From Thermoanaerobaculia bacterium (GTDB lineage Bacteria; Acidobacteriota; Thermoanaerobaculia; Multivoradales; SZUA-115), in NCBI GenBank assembly GCA_044869955.1, contig JBIOYC010000060.1, forward strand, positions 6,850 to 70,849: a DNA stretch of 64,000 nucleotides, in the 5' to 3' direction. The number at the start of each line of letters is the position of its first letter. Within the stretch, counting starts at the first letter, position 1. Made by a program: the position numbers and the translations under genes. Shown piece by piece: positions 36,088 to 49,839 of the stretch. The notes beneath the pieces were generated by a model. It saw only the letters and a program-made list of their open reading frames with translations, did no database searches and was not told the origin of the DNA.

Positions 36088-37398
36088 ATGGACTTCTCGA
36101 AGGCCCATCCCCACACGCGCCGATCCTTGTGGTCGGCACTCCAGCGAGAGCTGCGCCAGAAGCTCGACCCCGAGGAGTACGCCACCTGGTTCGAGCCCCT
36201 CCGGGTGCGCTCCGAGGACGACGAGAAGCTGGTCTTGGTCGCCCCCAACAAACGCATCCTCCACACTCTCGAGGAGAGCTACCGCCCGGCGGTGGACCGT
36301 GCCATCGCCGGTCTCGACGGCAAGCCCTTCGAGGTGCTCTTCGCCCTGGACGGGGTCGAGAAGGTGGCGCCGGTCCGCGAGGTCGCCCAGTTCAACCCCC
36401 GCTATCTGTTCAAGAACTTCGTCGTCGGCCCCTCGAACCAGTTCGCCTACGCCGCCTCCCGGGCGGTTGCCGAGAAGCCCTCGAAGAGCTACAACCCCCT
36501 CTTCCTCTACGGCGGCGTCGGGCTCGGCAAGACTCACCTGCTCCATGCCGTGGGCCACGAGATCTGCTCCCTCCACCCCCACCTGGTCGTGCGCTACCTC
36601 GCCGCCGAGCAATTCGTCAATGAGCTCATCAACTCGATCCGCTTCGACCGCATGCCCGCCTTCCGCGAGCGCTACCGCAACATCGACGTCCTCCTGATCG
36701 ACGACATCCAGTTCATCGCCAACAAGGAGCGCACCCAGGAGGAGTTCTTCCACACCTTCAACACCCTCTACTCGAGCCAGAAGCAGATCATCCTCTCCTC
36801 GGACTCCTCGCCTCGGGACATTCCAACTCTCGAGGAGCGTTTGCGCAGCCGCTTCGAGTGGGGCCTGATCGCCGACATCCAGGCTCCGGACCTCGAGACC
36901 CGGGTGGTGATCCTGCGCCGCAAGGCCGAGCTCGAGGGAATCGCCCTTCCCGACGACGTCGCCGACTTCATCGCCCGCCAGGTACGCTCCAGCGTTCGCG
37001 AGCTCGAGGGCCTGCTCAACCGGGTCATCGCCTTCGCCTCCCTGACCGGCAAGCTCCTCTCCGTCGACCTCGCCCAGGAGACTCTGAAGGACATCCTCGC
37101 CCAGGCCACCCACCGGGTCACCGGCAGCGACATCATCAAGCTGGTCGCGCGGCACTACGGGCTCAAGGTCAGCGAGATCAAGAGCCGCACCAACGTCAAG
37201 CAGGTAGCCTTCCCCCGCCACGTCGCGATGTACCTGTGCCGGCGCCTGACCGACATGTCTCTGCCGGAGATCGGCAAGCAGTTCAACAACAAGCATCACT
37301 CGACGGTCAAGTACTCGATCGACAAGATCGACCTGCTCCGGAAAACCGACGAGGATCTCGACCGCGCCCTCCGACACCTCGAGGATCACTTCGCCTGA
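36088..37398 (+). CDS. dnaA: chromosomal replication initiator DnaA
   Basis: AAA+ motifs (LFLYGGVGLGKTHLL, DDIQFIANKERTQEEFFHTFN) and the C-terminal DNA-binding domain (HSTV). ATG 36088 (AAGG upstream) is preferred over GTG 36061, which lies inside a DnaA box. Confidence 0.9.
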   Translation: MDFSKAHPHTRRSLWSALQRELRQKLDPEEYATWFEPLRVRSEDDEKLVLVAPNKRILHTLEESYRPAVDRAIAGLDGKPFEVLFALDGVEKVAPVREVAQFNPRYLFKNFVVGPSNQFAYAASRAVAEKPSKSYNPLFLYGGVGLGKTHLLHAVGHEICSLHPHLVVRYLAAEQFVNELINSIRFDRMPAFRERYRNIDVLLIDDIQFIANKERTQEEFFHTFNTLYSSQKQIILSSDSSPRDIPTLEERLRSRFEWGLIADIQAPDLETRVVILRRKAELEGIALPDDVADFIARQVRSSVRELEGLLNRVIAFASLTGKLLSVDLAQETLKDILAQATHRVTGSDIIKLVARHYGLKVSEIKSRTNVKQVAFPRHVAMYLCRRLTDMSLPEIGKQFNNKHHSTVKYSIDKIDLLRKTDEDLDRALRHLEDHFA

Positions 37399-37656
37399 CC
37401 TCCGTCGGCGGACGATTTCCTGTGGAAATCACCCCGGGCTTCCTGCGGGTCGGTTGTGGAAAATCGAGCCTCATCGCGATGAAGACCTCTTTTCCGCAAC
37501 TCCTCCGCAGCCAGCCCACAGCCGATCCCCGCATTCTGCGGTGTGACGCAAGTGGTTCGGAAGAAGGAACTTACGGTCGATATCCGCGGGTTCCGCAGCG
37601 CCTGTTACTACGACTGCTGTGCTATATTCCCGACGTTTCTTGACGGAGAAGACGCC
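37399..37656. promoter_or_regulatory. dnaA-dnaN intergenic oriC candidate (DnaA boxes plus AT-rich stretch)
   Basis: tgtggaaat (37421), tgtggaaaa (37456), ttttccgca (37489), then the only AT-rich stretch locally (gctgtgctatattcccgacgtttcttgac) before dnaN. Confidence 0.5.
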
Positions 37657-38769
37657 ATGGACGTGCGCATCTCCCGCGCGGATTTCGTAACCGAGCTCGC
37701 CCCGATGCAGGGCATCGTCGAACGCAAGACGACCATCCCCGCTCTCGCCCACATCCTGCTCACGGCTCGCCAGGAGCGGCTCGGCCTCGCCGCCACCGAC
37801 CTCGACGTCTCCCTGACCTCTTGGTGTGCCGCCGAGGTGACGCGGGAAGGGGCCCTCGCCGTCCAGGCGAAGAAGCTGGTCGAGATCGTCCGCGCCGTAG
37901 AGGGGGACGAGGTTCGCCTCTCCGAGGACGAGCCGAACAGCCTGACCATCCGCGCCGGCAAGTCGAGGTTCAAGATCCGCGGTCTGCCGGCAGACGATTT
38001 TCCAACCCTCCCGACCGCCGGCGAGGGACCCGTAGCCGAGCTCTCCTACACCGCCTTCAAGCGCATGATCGGCAAGGTCCTCTTCGCCGTCTCGGCCGAG
38101 GAATCTCGCTTCCAGCTCAATGGCGCCCTGATGAAGATCAAGGAAGGCACCATCGAGATGGTCGCCACCGACGGTCACCGTCTGGCCCTGGTCGAGAACT
38201 CCGCCGGTGCCGAAGGCGGTCCCCGTCCGGAGGCCGCGGCCGGAGTGCTGGTGCCGCGCAAGGCCCTCCAGGAGCTCCAGCGCTTCGAGGGGGAGGGGAC
38301 TCTCGAGTATCGCCATGGCGCCCACCACCTGAGCTTCCGGGTGGGCAAGAGGGAGCTGGTCTGCCGGATCCTCGAGGGGACCTTCCCGGACTACGAGCGG
38401 GTGATCGCCAAGGAGAACGACAACGTCGCGGTGTTCGAGCGGCGGCCCCTGCTCGACACCATCCGCCGCGTGGCCCTGCTGACCGGGGACCGCGCCCGCA
38501 CCATCCGCTTCCAGCTCACCACCGGCACGGCGACCGTGTCGGCCGCCAACCCGGATCTCGGCGAGGCGGTCGAGGAGATCGGCTGCGACTACGAAGGGCC
38601 GGAGCTGCGCCTGGGTATGAACCCGGACTACGTGGCAGATTTTCTCGGCGCAGTCGAGACCGACCGCGTTCGCTTCCAGCTCAAGGACGAGAACACCCAG
38701 GCGGTCGGCTTCCCGGTCGAGGGGCCGGATGAGCGCTACCTCTGCGTGATCATGCCGATGCGCATCTGA
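37657..38769 (+). CDS. dnaN: DNA polymerase III beta sliding clamp
   Basis: Internal ATG MDVRISRADFVTELAPMQGIVERKTTIPALAHILL; 371 aa, three-domain clamp. Confidence 0.9.
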   Translation: MDVRISRADFVTELAPMQGIVERKTTIPALAHILLTARQERLGLAATDLDVSLTSWCAAEVTREGALAVQAKKLVEIVRAVEGDEVRLSEDEPNSLTIRAGKSRFKIRGLPADDFPTLPTAGEGPVAELSYTAFKRMIGKVLFAVSAEESRFQLNGALMKIKEGTIEMVATDGHRLALVENSAGAEGGPRPEAAAGVLVPRKALQELQRFEGEGTLEYRHGAHHLSFRVGKRELVCRILEGTFPDYERVIAKENDNVAVFERRPLLDTIRRVALLTGDRARTIRFQLTTGTATVSAANPDLGEAVEEIGCDYEGPELRLGMNPDYVADFLGAVETDRVRFQLKDENTQAVGFPVEGPDERYLCVIMPMRI

Positions 38770-38784
38770 GGCGCATCCCTCGCC

Positions 38785-39843
38785 TTGATCCGCACCCTCG
38801 CCGCTCAGAGCTTCCGCAACCTCGCCGCCGGCGAGCACGCGATCGAACCCGGCGCCACCCTGCTCCTGGGCGGCAACGGCGCCGGCAAGACCAGCTTCCT
38901 CGAGGCGATCTACGTCCTCGCCACCACCCGCAGCTTTCGCACCTCGCAGGTCGCCGACTGCTGCCGTCACGGCGCCACGGCCTGCCGTCTCGTGGCCGAG
39001 GTGGAGACCGAAGCCCGGTGCCGGCTGGAGATCCACCTCGGCGAGGTGGGCCGGGAACGCTTGGTCAACGGCCGCTCGGGCTCCCTCGCCGAGCACCTGG
39101 CCGTGTTGCCGGTCGTGGCCTGGACCGCAGCCGACGTCGAGGCTCTGAGCGGGCCCCCCAAGCTGCGCCGGCGGCTGCTCGACCGAGGAGTGCTCGGGTT
39201 GAAGCCCGCCGCCGTCGAGGGATTCGCGCGTTTTCGCCAGGCCCTCGGCGAGAAGCGAGCCCTGCTGCTCTCCGCGGGGGCCGGCCTCGAGGCCTGGAAC
39301 CAGATCCTCGCTCGGGAAGCCGCGGAGATCGTTCGCCTGCGTGCCGACTACCACCAGCGGCTGGCCGAGGCCTTCCAGGCGCTGGTCTCGGAGCTCGCCT
39401 TGCCCCTGCCCGCGGTAGACCTCGCCTACCGTCCGAGCCCTGCCGCGGCGGTGGAAGGGGAAGCGGCCCTGATGGCAGCCTTCGAGCGGGCCGCGGGAGA
39501 GGAGCGGCGGCGGGGAGCTCCCCTGGTGGGGCCGCAACGGGATGAGCTTGCGATCGCCTTTCGCGGCACCGAGGTCAAGCGCGCTGCATCGGCGGGCGAA
39601 CGCAAGGCGATCGCCCTGCTGCTCGCGGCGGCCCATGGCCGCGTCCTCACCGCGGCGGGGCGGATGCCGGTGTACCTGCTCGACGACTTCGATGCCGAGC
39701 TCTCGCGGTCTTTGCTGGCCCAGATCTGGCCGGCGTTTCGCGGCGCCATCCAGCTGCTCGTCACCTCCAACCGGCCGGAGGTCTGGGAGAGTCTCGAGGT
39801 TGCCCGGCGCTGGTCCGTGGAGAACGGTTCTATCTACGCCTAA
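38785..39843 (+). CDS. recF: DNA replication/repair protein RecF
   Basis: TTG start; Walker A GGNGAGKTSFLEAI, the signature LSAGERK and LLDDFDAEL. Confidence 0.85.
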   Translation: MIRTLAAQSFRNLAAGEHAIEPGATLLLGGNGAGKTSFLEAIYVLATTRSFRTSQVADCCRHGATACRLVAEVETEARCRLEIHLGEVGRERLVNGRSGSLAEHLAVLPVVAWTAADVEALSGPPKLRRRLLDRGVLGLKPAAVEGFARFRQALGEKRALLLSAGAGLEAWNQILAREAAEIVRLRADYHQRLAEAFQALVSELALPLPAVDLAYRPSPAAAVEGEAALMAAFERAAGEERRRGAPLVGPQRDELAIAFRGTEVKRAASAGERKAIALLLAAAHGRVLTAAGRMPVYLLDDFDAELSRSLLAQIWPAFRGAIQLLVTSNRPEVWESLEVARRWSVENGSIYA

Positions 39844-39895
39844 CGTCCTTATTTTTCAACAAGAAGAGTGTCCAAAACGGGCAGCCTCGTGATAG

Positions 39896-42490
<2,595 letters not shown>

Positions 42491-42500
42491 GCCCCCCAAG

Positions 42501-45029
42501 ATGAGCGAGAACGAAAACCAGCCGATGGAGCGGCCGATCCCCGTCGACATCGAAGACGAGATGCGGCGCAGCTACATCGATTACGCCATGAGCGTGATCA
42601 TCGGCCGCGCCCTGCCCGACGTGCGGGACGGCCTCAAGCCCGTGCACCGCCGCGTGCTCTTCGGCATGTGGGAGACCGGCAACACCTCCAACCGTCCTTA
42701 CAAAAAGTCGGCCCGCATCGTCGGCGACGTCATGGGTAAGTACCACCCTCACGGCGACGCCGCCATCTACGACACCGTGGTGCGCCTGGCCCAGGACTTC
42801 ACCATGCGCTACCAGATGGTGGACGGCCAGGGCAACTTCGGCTCCTTGGACGGCGACAATCCGGCGGCCATGCGCTACACCGAGGTGAGGCTCACCCGCC
42901 TCGCCGAGGAGATGCTCAAGGAGGACCTCGAGAAGGACACCGTCGAGTGGGTGCCCAACTACGACGGTTCTCTGACCGAGCCCACCGTGCTGCCGGCGCG
43001 GGTGCCGAACTTGCTGGTGAACGGTTCTTCCGGCATCGCCGTCGGCATGGCGACCAACATTCCGCCGCACAACCTCTGCGAGGTGGTCGACGCGCTGATC
43101 CTCACCCTGGAGGATCCGGAGGTCCCCCTCGAACGCTTGATGACGGTTCTGCCCGGCCCGGACTTTCCCACCGCCGGCTTCATCCACGGCCGTGACGGCA
43201 TCCGCTCGGCCTATGCCACCGGCCGCGGCATGATCCAGCTGCGCGCCAGGGCCGTGATCGAGGAGAAGGGAGAACGGCAGGCGATCGTCGTCAACGAGAT
43301 CCCCTACCAGGTCAACAAGGCCCGACTGCTCGAGCGCATGGGCGAGCTGATCCGGGAGAAGAAGATCGACGGCATCACGGACCTGCGTGACGAGTCGGAT
43401 CGCGAAGGCATCCGCATCGTCCTCGACGTGCGCCGCGGCGAGGTCGGCGAGGTGATCCTCAATCAGCTCTACAAGCTGACCCAGATGCAGGTCACCTTCG
43501 GCATCATCCTGCTCGCCATCGTCGACAACCGCCCGCGGGTGCTGACGCTGCCCGAGCTGCTCCGCCACTTCCTCGACCACCGCAAGATGGTGGTGGTGCG
43601 GCGCACCCGCTTCGATCTCAAGAAGGCCGAGGAGCGGGCGCACATCCTCGAGGGTCTGTTGAAGGCGCTCGATCACCTCGACGAGGTGATCGCCACCATC
43701 CGCGGCAGCCACACGCCCGACGACGCCCGCACCAACCTGATCGCACGCTTCGAGTTCTCCGACGCCCAGGCGCGGGCGATTCTCGACATGCGCCTGCAGC
43801 GGCTCACCGGCCTCGAGCGGGAAAAGCTGGTCGAGGAGTACGCCGAGGTCCAGGCGACCATCGAGCGCCTGCGGGCGATCCTCGCCTCGGACGCCCTGGT
43901 CGCCCTCGAGATCAAGCAGGAGCTGCTCGAGATCAGGGAGACCTACGGCGACCGACGCCGCACCGAGATCATCGCCGCCACCTACGACATCTCGATCGAG
44001 GACATGATCGCCGACGAGCCGATGGTGATCACGGTCACCCGCTCCGGCTACGTCAAGCGCTCGCCCCTGTCGCTCTACCGGGCCCAGCGCCGGGGCGGCA
44101 AGGGCCGCATGGGCATGGCGACCAAGGAGGAGGACGCTGTCGAGCACCTCTACGTGGCCACCGCCCACTCCTACATCCTGGTCTTCACCCAGAGCGGTCG
44201 GGCCTACTGGCTCAAGGTGCACGCCATCCCCGAGCTGGGGCCGGCGGCCCGCGGCAAGGCGATCGTCAACTTGCTCGAGCTCTCGGAGGAGGAGCGCTTC
44301 GCCACCACGGTGGCGGTCCGTGACTTCCCCGAGGACCGCTTCCTGATCTTCGTCACCGAGAACGGCACGATCAAGAAGACCAGCCTCGCCGCCTTCGCCC
44401 GCCCGCAATCCCGCGGCATCATCGCGGTCAACGTCAACGAGGGGGACCGGCTGCTGGCGGTCAAGGTCGCGGAGAAGGGCAGTGAGATCTTCATCGCCAC
44501 CGCCAAGGGCTATGCCATCCGGTTTCGCGAATCGGACGTGCGCGCGATGGGTCGCGCCGCCACCGGCGTGCGCGGCCTCTCCCTGCGCAAGGGAGACCGG
44601 CTGGTGGGTATGGAGGTGCTCGGTGGCGAGGGCGACATCCTCTCGGTCACGGAGAACGGCTATGGCAAGCGCTCGGCGGTCGAGGAGTACCGCCTCCAGG
44701 GCCGCGGTGGCCTCGGCATCATCAACTTCGCGGTGAACAACAAGACCGGCGAGGTCGTGGGCATCAGGCAGGTCACCCCCGGGATGGGGGTGATGCTGAT
44801 CACCCAGGAAGGCATGATCATCCGCACCATCGTCGACGACAGCTCGTTCCGGGTCATCGGTCGCGCCACCCAGGGCGTCAAGGTCATGGATCTCGAAGGC
44901 GGCGACCGCCTGGTCGCCCTGGCGACCATCGCAGAGGACGAGGCAGCGCCGGACGACGAGACCGCGGCCGAAGGAACCGAGGACCTGGCAGCCGGCGAGC
45001 CGGCCGAACCCGAGGAACCGGTGCACTGA
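42501..45029 (+). CDS. gyrA: DNA gyrase subunit A
   Basis: AMRYTEVRL (active-site Tyr region), the QRDR and C-terminal beta-pinwheel repeats. Confidence 0.95.
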   Translation: MSENENQPMERPIPVDIEDEMRRSYIDYAMSVIIGRALPDVRDGLKPVHRRVLFGMWETGNTSNRPYKKSARIVGDVMGKYHPHGDAAIYDTVVRLAQDFTMRYQMVDGQGNFGSLDGDNPAAMRYTEVRLTRLAEEMLKEDLEKDTVEWVPNYDGSLTEPTVLPARVPNLLVNGSSGIAVGMATNIPPHNLCEVVDALILTLEDPEVPLERLMTVLPGPDFPTAGFIHGRDGIRSAYATGRGMIQLRARAVIEEKGERQAIVVNEIPYQVNKARLLERMGELIREKKIDGITDLRDESDREGIRIVLDVRRGEVGEVILNQLYKLTQMQVTFGIILLAIVDNRPRVLTLPELLRHFLDHRKMVVVRRTRFDLKKAEERAHILEGLLKALDHLDEVIATIRGSHTPDDARTNLIARFEFSDAQARAILDMRLQRLTGLEREKLVEEYAEVQATIERLRAILASDALVALEIKQELLEIRETYGDRRRTEIIAATYDISIEDMIADEPMVITVTRSGYVKRSPLSLYRAQRRGGKGRMGMATKEEDAVEHLYVATAHSYILVFTQSGRAYWLKVHAIPELGPAARGKAIVNLLELSEEERFATTVAVRDFPEDRFLIFVTENGTIKKTSLAAFARPQSRGIIAVNVNEGDRLLAVKVAEKGSEIFIATAKGYAIRFRESDVRAMGRAATGVRGLSLRKGDRLVGMEVLGGEGDILSVTENGYGKRSAVEEYRLQGRGGLGIINFAVNNKTGEVVGIRQVTPGMGVMLITQEGMIIRTIVDDSSFRVIGRATQGVKVMDLEGGDRLVALATIAEDEAAPDDETAAEGTEDLAAGEPAEPEEPVH

Positions 45030-45048
45030 GCGAGCTCAAGGAGAAACC

Positions 45049-45711
45049 ATGGACTTCTTCATCGATACCGCAGACATCCGGGAGATCGAGACCGGCCTCG
45101 AGTGGGGCATGGTCGACGGCGTCACCACCAACCCCAGCCTAATCGCCAAGCAGGGCCGGCCCTACCTCGGCACCGTGCGCGAGATCGCCCAGCTGGTCGG
45201 CCCGGAGCGCCCGGTCTCGGGCGAGGTCCTCGCTACCGACTACGCCACCATCCTCGACGAGGGCCACAAGCTCGCGGGGCTCGCGCCGAACGTCGTGGTC
45301 AAGGTGCCCCTTACGCCCGCGGGCCTGCGCGCCGCCCACACCTTCGCCGAAGAGGGAATCCGCACCAACGTCACGCTCTGCTTCTCGGCCAACCAGGCCC
45401 TGCTGGCGGCCAAGGCCGGCGCCACCTACATCTCGCCCTTCGTCGGTCGGCTCGACGACGTGGGCGAGGACGGCATGGAGCTGATCGACCAGATCGTGGT
45501 GATCTACGGCAACTACGGCTTCGACACCAAGGTGCTGGTGGCCTCCGTGCGCAACCCGGTGCACTTGACCCGCGCAGCGCTGGCCGGTGCCCACGTGGCG
45601 ACCCTGCCCTTCGCGGTGATCGGGCAGCTCTACCGCCACCCCCTGACCGACGTCGGCCTCGAGCGCTTCCTCGCCGACTGGGCCAAGACCGGTCGGAGCT
45701 TCGACGATTAG
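45049..45711 (+). CDS. fructose-6-phosphate aldolase/transaldolase (short TalC/FSA family)
   Basis: [13 protein letters not shown]...GVTTNPSL...VVKVP; AAGGAGA RBS. Confidence 0.8.
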   Translation: MDFFIDTADIREIETGLEWGMVDGVTTNPSLIAKQGRPYLGTVREIAQLVGPERPVSGEVLATDYATILDEGHKLAGLAPNVVVKVPLTPAGLRAAHTFAEEGIRTNVTLCFSANQALLAAKAGATYISPFVGRLDDVGEDGMELIDQIVVIYGNYGFDTKVLVASVRNPVHLTRAALAGAHVATLPFAVIGQLYRHPLTDVGLERFLADWAKTGRSFDD

Positions 45712-45742
45712 CCGACGCGCCCGTCCCCCACGTCTGGTTCAG

Positions 45743-46276
45743 GTGGCGTGGCTGTTCTACCTGGGCCTCGCGATCGCGGGGGGCATCTGGCTCTCGATCC
45801 GCCACGGCGACTTCCCCCTGGGCGCGATCGCCCCCGCCAGCTGGTGGCTCGAGCTGCCTCTGGGCCTCGCCGCCGGCGGCGTGCTGCTCGCGGCCTGGGA
45901 GGGCATGCGCCGCTTCCTCGCCACAGCCGCCGAGCTCGAGGAGCACCTGGCCGAGGTGATGTCCGGCCTCTCCCGCGGCGACACGCTGGTCCTGGGCATC
46001 GTCTCCGGCTTCGCCGAGGAGCTGTTCTTTCGCGGCGCCGTGCAGGAGAGCCTCGGCCTGGCCGTGGGCACCGCGCTCTTCGCCCTGCTCCACCCCGGAC
46101 CGGGCCGCTCCTTCCTGCTCTGGATGGCCTTCGCCGCCGCCGCCGGGCTGCTGCTGGGTGGGCTGGTGCTCTGGCGCGGCAGCCTGCTGGCGGCCATGGT
46201 GGCGCACGCGACCGTGAACGTGATCAACCTGGGGCGACTGGCGCAGCGGGGGCAGGCGACGGCGGAGTCGTCGTGA
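45743..46276 (+). CDS. CPBP-family intramembrane metalloprotease (CAAX protease-like)
   Basis: EELFFRG motif with downstream HxxxN (HATVNVIN); multi-TM. Confidence 0.6.
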   Translation: MAWLFYLGLAIAGGIWLSIRHGDFPLGAIAPASWWLELPLGLAAGGVLLAAWEGMRRFLATAAELEEHLAEVMSGLSRGDTLVLGIVSGFAEELFFRGAVQESLGLAVGTALFALLHPGPGRSFLLWMAFAAAAGLLLGGLVLWRGSLLAAMVAHATVNVINLGRLAQRGQATAESS

Positions 46277-49200
46277 GCCGGACCATCTCCTCGACCTGGA
46301 AGCCGCCGGCCTCCGCACACGCGTGCAGGGTCGCCGCGGTCGCGATCGCGCTCTCCGGCTCGGCCGCCTCCAGCGCGGCGAGCGCGAGCAGGTAGCGCAA
46401 CGACTCCGCCCGCACCCAGCGCGCCTCGCCAAAGCGGTGCAGGCGTACGGCTGCCGAGACCTCCGGCCTCTCGAGCCAGTCCCCCAGAGCCGACTCCGCC
46501 GCCGGCAGCCCGCCGCCGGTGAGCACCGCGGTGAGGGCAGCCACCGCGTCCTCCTGCTCGTCCTCGGTCGCTCCGGCGGCGGCGAGGGCGGCCCGGAGGG
46601 GGCGATGGAGCAGTAGCTCCGAAAGCCAGCCGGCCGCCTCCCCCTCGGGGGCGAGGCGCTTCAAGGCGGCGGCGGCGAAGAGGGCGGTCCAGGTCGCGGG
46701 GCGGGAGGCCAGATCCCCCAGCCAAGGGGGCAGCCCAGCCAGGCCGGCCGCCCAGGCCGATGCTCGAACCAGGTCCTCTGCCAGGGCCAAGCTCCCTTCC
46801 TCCTGGTCCACCTCGTCCACTCTATCCACCTCGTCCAACCCCGCCACCGCCCCCCGGAACGCCTCCACTCCTGGCGCCAACCGCTCGGCCCACGCCGCCA
46901 CGCCCCCCAACTCGGTGCTCTCCGGCTCAGTCCCCTCGGCGGCGGCGTCCGCGAAGGCGGGCGCCGCGGTGAGCAGCTGGCTGAAGGCGGCGAGCACCCC
47001 CTCGAGCCGCGGCGCCCGCCGGGCCTCGTCGAGGCTCGGTACTCCCCGGCCGCCGAGCTGAGCCGCCAACCGGGTCCAGGAGCCGTCCTCGTCCGCCACC
47101 TCCTCGAAGTCCAGCAAGACGTGGTGCTCGTAGGGCCCGAGGGTGAGCGCCAGCCCCTCGCTCGCGAGCTCGCGCTGGGCCAAGAGGTGCTCGAGGCCGG
47201 TTGCGGCGTCCCGGCAGCGCAGAAAGAGGGGCCGGTCGCTCGCCAGCGCAGGGGCCAGCGCGAAGGCCGAGCCCAGCGTCTCCCCCTTGAGCAGAGGCTT
47301 GGCGCCCTCCCGTTTGACGGCGTAGAGCACCGAGCGGCGGATCCGGCCCGCCGTCACGCCTGCCCGGTTGTGCATCACCACCAAGGCGCGCTCCGAGCCC
47401 TCCTGGTTCGAGAAGGCGAAGACGTTCTCGTCCACCGCGCCGCCCTCCCGCTCGAAATCGTAGAGGCGGAACGGCTCGGCCCCGGCGAACAGCCGGCGGC
47501 GGGCGAGCAAGGGGGCGATCTGCCGCTGGTGGCGGGCGACCAGCCAGTCCTTCGGCCGCTCGGAGTGGTAGGAGCGCCGGTACTCCATGCCGTAGCGCTC
47601 CTCGTAGCCCTCGATCTGGCCGTGGCCGAACATTGGCAAGCCCGGCAGCGTCGCCATCAGGGTCGCCACCCCGAAGTACTTCTCGCCGGTGCCGAACTGG
47701 TCGACGGCCGTGCGCTCGTCGGGGTTGCTCATGAAGTTCACGTAGCGCTGGAGGATCGCCGTGTCGAAGGCCAGCACGTCGGCGAGCTGGCGGCGGTAGT
47801 CGGCGTTGCGCTCGTCGCGCAGCATCACCATGAAGGCGCTGTTGTAGACCCGGTGCATGCCGAGGGAGCGGACGAAGTAGTTCTCCATCAGCCAGAAGGC
47901 CTCGGCCAGCAGCAGGGTGTCCGGCGCCTCGACCGCCGCGCGGTCCACCACCTGGCGCCAGAGCTCCTCGGGCATCCGGCGCTCGAACTCGGCCTCGGCA
48001 AGCCCGTGCTCGGCGCGCGAGGGGATGTCGCCACCCTCGCCCGGCGGCGGGTACCAGAGGCGCCGGTAGTGGCGCTTGGCGAGGGTCATGGCGGCGTCAA
48101 AGCGCACGATGGGGAAGCGCTTGGCCACCGAGAGGATCTCCTCGATCGCGGCCGCCCTCACCTCGGGCAGCAGGTAGTCGAGCTGGGCGGTGTCGTTCCA
48201 GGGCGTCGAGGTGCCGTCGTTGCCGTGGTACACGTAGGCCACCTCACCGGTCTTCCGATCTCGTCGCTCGAAGACCACCGCGGCGTCGCTGCGGTCGTAG
48301 TAGTGGTCCTCGAGATAGATCCCGAGGTCGGGATCCGGCGACAGGTCCGGTCCGGTGAAGCGGTAGGCCGAGAAGGGCGGGGCGGCCAGCTGGAGGAAGC
48401 GCGCGGGATGGCGCAGCAGCCACTCCGAGTCGATGCCCATATGGTTGGGCACCATGTCCACGCCCAGGCGGATCCCGCGCGCCCGAGCGCGGGCGGTCAG
48501 ATCCTCCGCGGCGTCGTCGCCGCCGACCGCTTCGGCGACCCGATAGCTCGCGATCGAATAGGCCGAGGCCGCCGCCTCCGGGTTGCCGCACAGCCGCTTG
48601 ATGCGCTCGGAGGCGGCGCTGCGCTCCCAGATGCCGATCAGCCAGAGGCCGGTGAAGCCGCGAGCCGCCAGCAGGTCGAGCTCACGGTCCGGCACCTGGT
48701 CGAGGGTGGTGATCGGCCGGCCGTACTCCTGGGAGAGCTGGTGGAGCCAGACCAGGGTGTTCTTGGCCACCAGTACCAGCTCGGGCATCCAGCCGCGGTC
48801 CTCGGTGAAGCGCTCCGGCCCCTCGGGGAAGACCGAGGGCTGGGGCAGCTCGACCGGCCCCGGCCCCGGAGGAAAGACCGGCTTCTGCTCCTCGCGCAGG
48901 AAGTCCGCACCGCGCAGGGCGCGCTCCACCAGCACCACCCCCTCCGGCGCGAGGGTCTCGCGCAGGTGGTCGAGCTGGCCGGAGAGCGAGAAGGGCTCGG
49001 CGAGCGCCGGGTCCGAGAGCAGGGCGAAGAGGCTCCTCGGCTCGGCACCCGGTCGGCCCAGGGGCGCGAAGCCCGGCCGGGTGGTGAGGAAGGTCTCGAG
49101 CTGAGCCACCAGCTCCGGATAGACCGTGGCTCGACGCAGCAGACCGTCGTCGAAGAGCTCCCGGAAAGGGGCGAAGGCCGGGCTCGAGTTGGCCAGCCAG

Positions 49201-49715
49201 AGCAGCAGCATCTCTTCGAGCACCACCTCCTGGTTGGACCGGCCCTCGGTGGTGGCGATCAGGAAGGCCTCGGGCGACAGCTCGCCGCGGTACACCGCCG
49301 GGGGTGGGAACTCCGCGACGAAGAGGCGCAGGGCCTCGTCGAGCTTCGGCGCCCCCAGCCGCTCGGCGACGAAGGCGAGGGCCTCGGAGAGCACTGCCGG
49401 GTCGACCTCGCGCCGAAACGCGTCGATCAGCTCATGGAGCAGCTCGTGGACCAGGCCCAAGGCATAGAGCCGCGCGGGGGTGATCGCCGCCGCCAAGCCC
49501 GGATCGACCGGCTCGAGGGCTTCGGCCAGGCGGGTCGCCAGGCCGCGGGCGGCCGCCAGATCTGCGAAGACGACGCGCCCGGAGACCCCGAACAGCGCCT
49601 CCTCCAGCCCGAACCGCTCTCGAGCCTCGCGGCGGACGAGGAGAAAGCGGATGTCCCCGTCCGCGAGGCAGAGAGCCGGGGGCAGACGCGGCGGCGGTTG
49701 GTTCGGCGGCGGCAT
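46224..49715 (-). CDS. large (about 1163 aa) alpha-amylase-family GH13 protein with long N- and C-terminal extensions
   Basis: An internal ATG (MPPPNQPPPRL) was chosen. GH13 regions are present: DMVPNH (I), VRFDAA (II), AEAFW (III) and FMSNPDE (IV). The frame upstream to 49952 is probably non-coding. Confidence 0.55.
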   Translation of the reverse strand: MPPPNQPPPRLPPALCLADGDIRFLLVRREARERFGLEEALFGVSGRVVFADLAAARGLATRLAEALEPVDPGLAAAITPARLYALGLVHELLHELIDAFRREVDPAVLSEALAFVAERLGAPKLDEALRLFVAEFPPPAVYRGELSPEAFLIATTEGRSNQEVVLEEMLLLWLANSSPAFAPFRELFDDGLLRRATVYPELVAQLETFLTTRPGFAPLGRPGAEPRSLFALLSDPALAEPFSLSGQLDHLRETLAPEGVVLVERALRGADFLREEQKPVFPPGPGPVELPQPSVFPEGPERFTEDRGWMPELVLVAKNTLVWLHQLSQEYGRPITTLDQVPDRELDLLAARGFTGLWLIGIWERSAASERIKRLCGNPEAAASAYSIASYRVAEAVGGDDAAEDLTARARARGIRLGVDMVPNHMGIDSEWLLRHPARFLQLAAPPFSAYRFTGPDLSPDPDLGIYLEDHYYDRSDAAVVFERRDRKTGEVAYVYHGNDGTSTPWNDTAQLDYLLPEVRAAAIEEILSVAKRFPIVRFDAAMTLAKRHYRRLWYPPPGEGGDIPSRAEHGLAEAEFERRMPEELWRQVVDRAAVEAPDTLLLAEAFWLMENYFVRSLGMHRVYNSAFMVMLRDERNADYRRQLADVLAFDTAILQRYVNFMSNPDERTAVDQFGTGEKYFGVATLMATLPGLPMFGHGQIEGYEERYGMEYRRSYHSERPKDWLVARHQRQIAPLLARRRLFAGAEPFRLYDFEREGGAVDENVFAFSNQEGSERALVVMHNRAGVTAGRIRRSVLYAVKREGAKPLLKGETLGSAFALAPALASDRPLFLRCRDAATGLEHLLAQRELASEGLALTLGPYEHHVLLDFEEVADEDGSWTRLAAQLGGRGVPSLDEARRAPRLEGVLAAFSQLLTAAPAFADAAAEGTEPESTELGGVAAWAERLAPGVEAFRGAVAGLDEVDRVDEVDQEEGSLALAEDLVRASAWAAGLAGLPPWLGDLASRPATWTALFAAAALKRLAPEGEAAGWLSELLLHRPLRAALAAAGATEDEQEDAVAALTAVLTGGGLPAAESALGDWLERPEVSAAVRLHRFGEARWVRAESLRYLLALAALEAAEPESAIATAATLHACAEAGGFQVEEMVRLTTTPPSPAPAAPVAPG

Positions 49716-49839
49716 GACGAGAGGATCGAGCGACAAGGATATCCGCGCCAACCCCCGGGCGCCACGGCCGGTGTCCGCGTTCCCGCGGCCGGGTCTTTCC
49801 CATAGGATGAGCCCCGGCTTTCTGACCAGGAGGACCCGA

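Noticed and set aside
37471-39636. 721-aa antisense ORF across dnaN/recF (and similar long antisense ORFs 39830..40930, 42447..45026, 47121..49805, 50799..53357, 54071..55393, 57499..59439, 61550..63328)
   Set aside because: Each lies antisense to a gene with unambiguous family motifs, which explains the open frames at about 70% GC. They have no motifs or RBS support.
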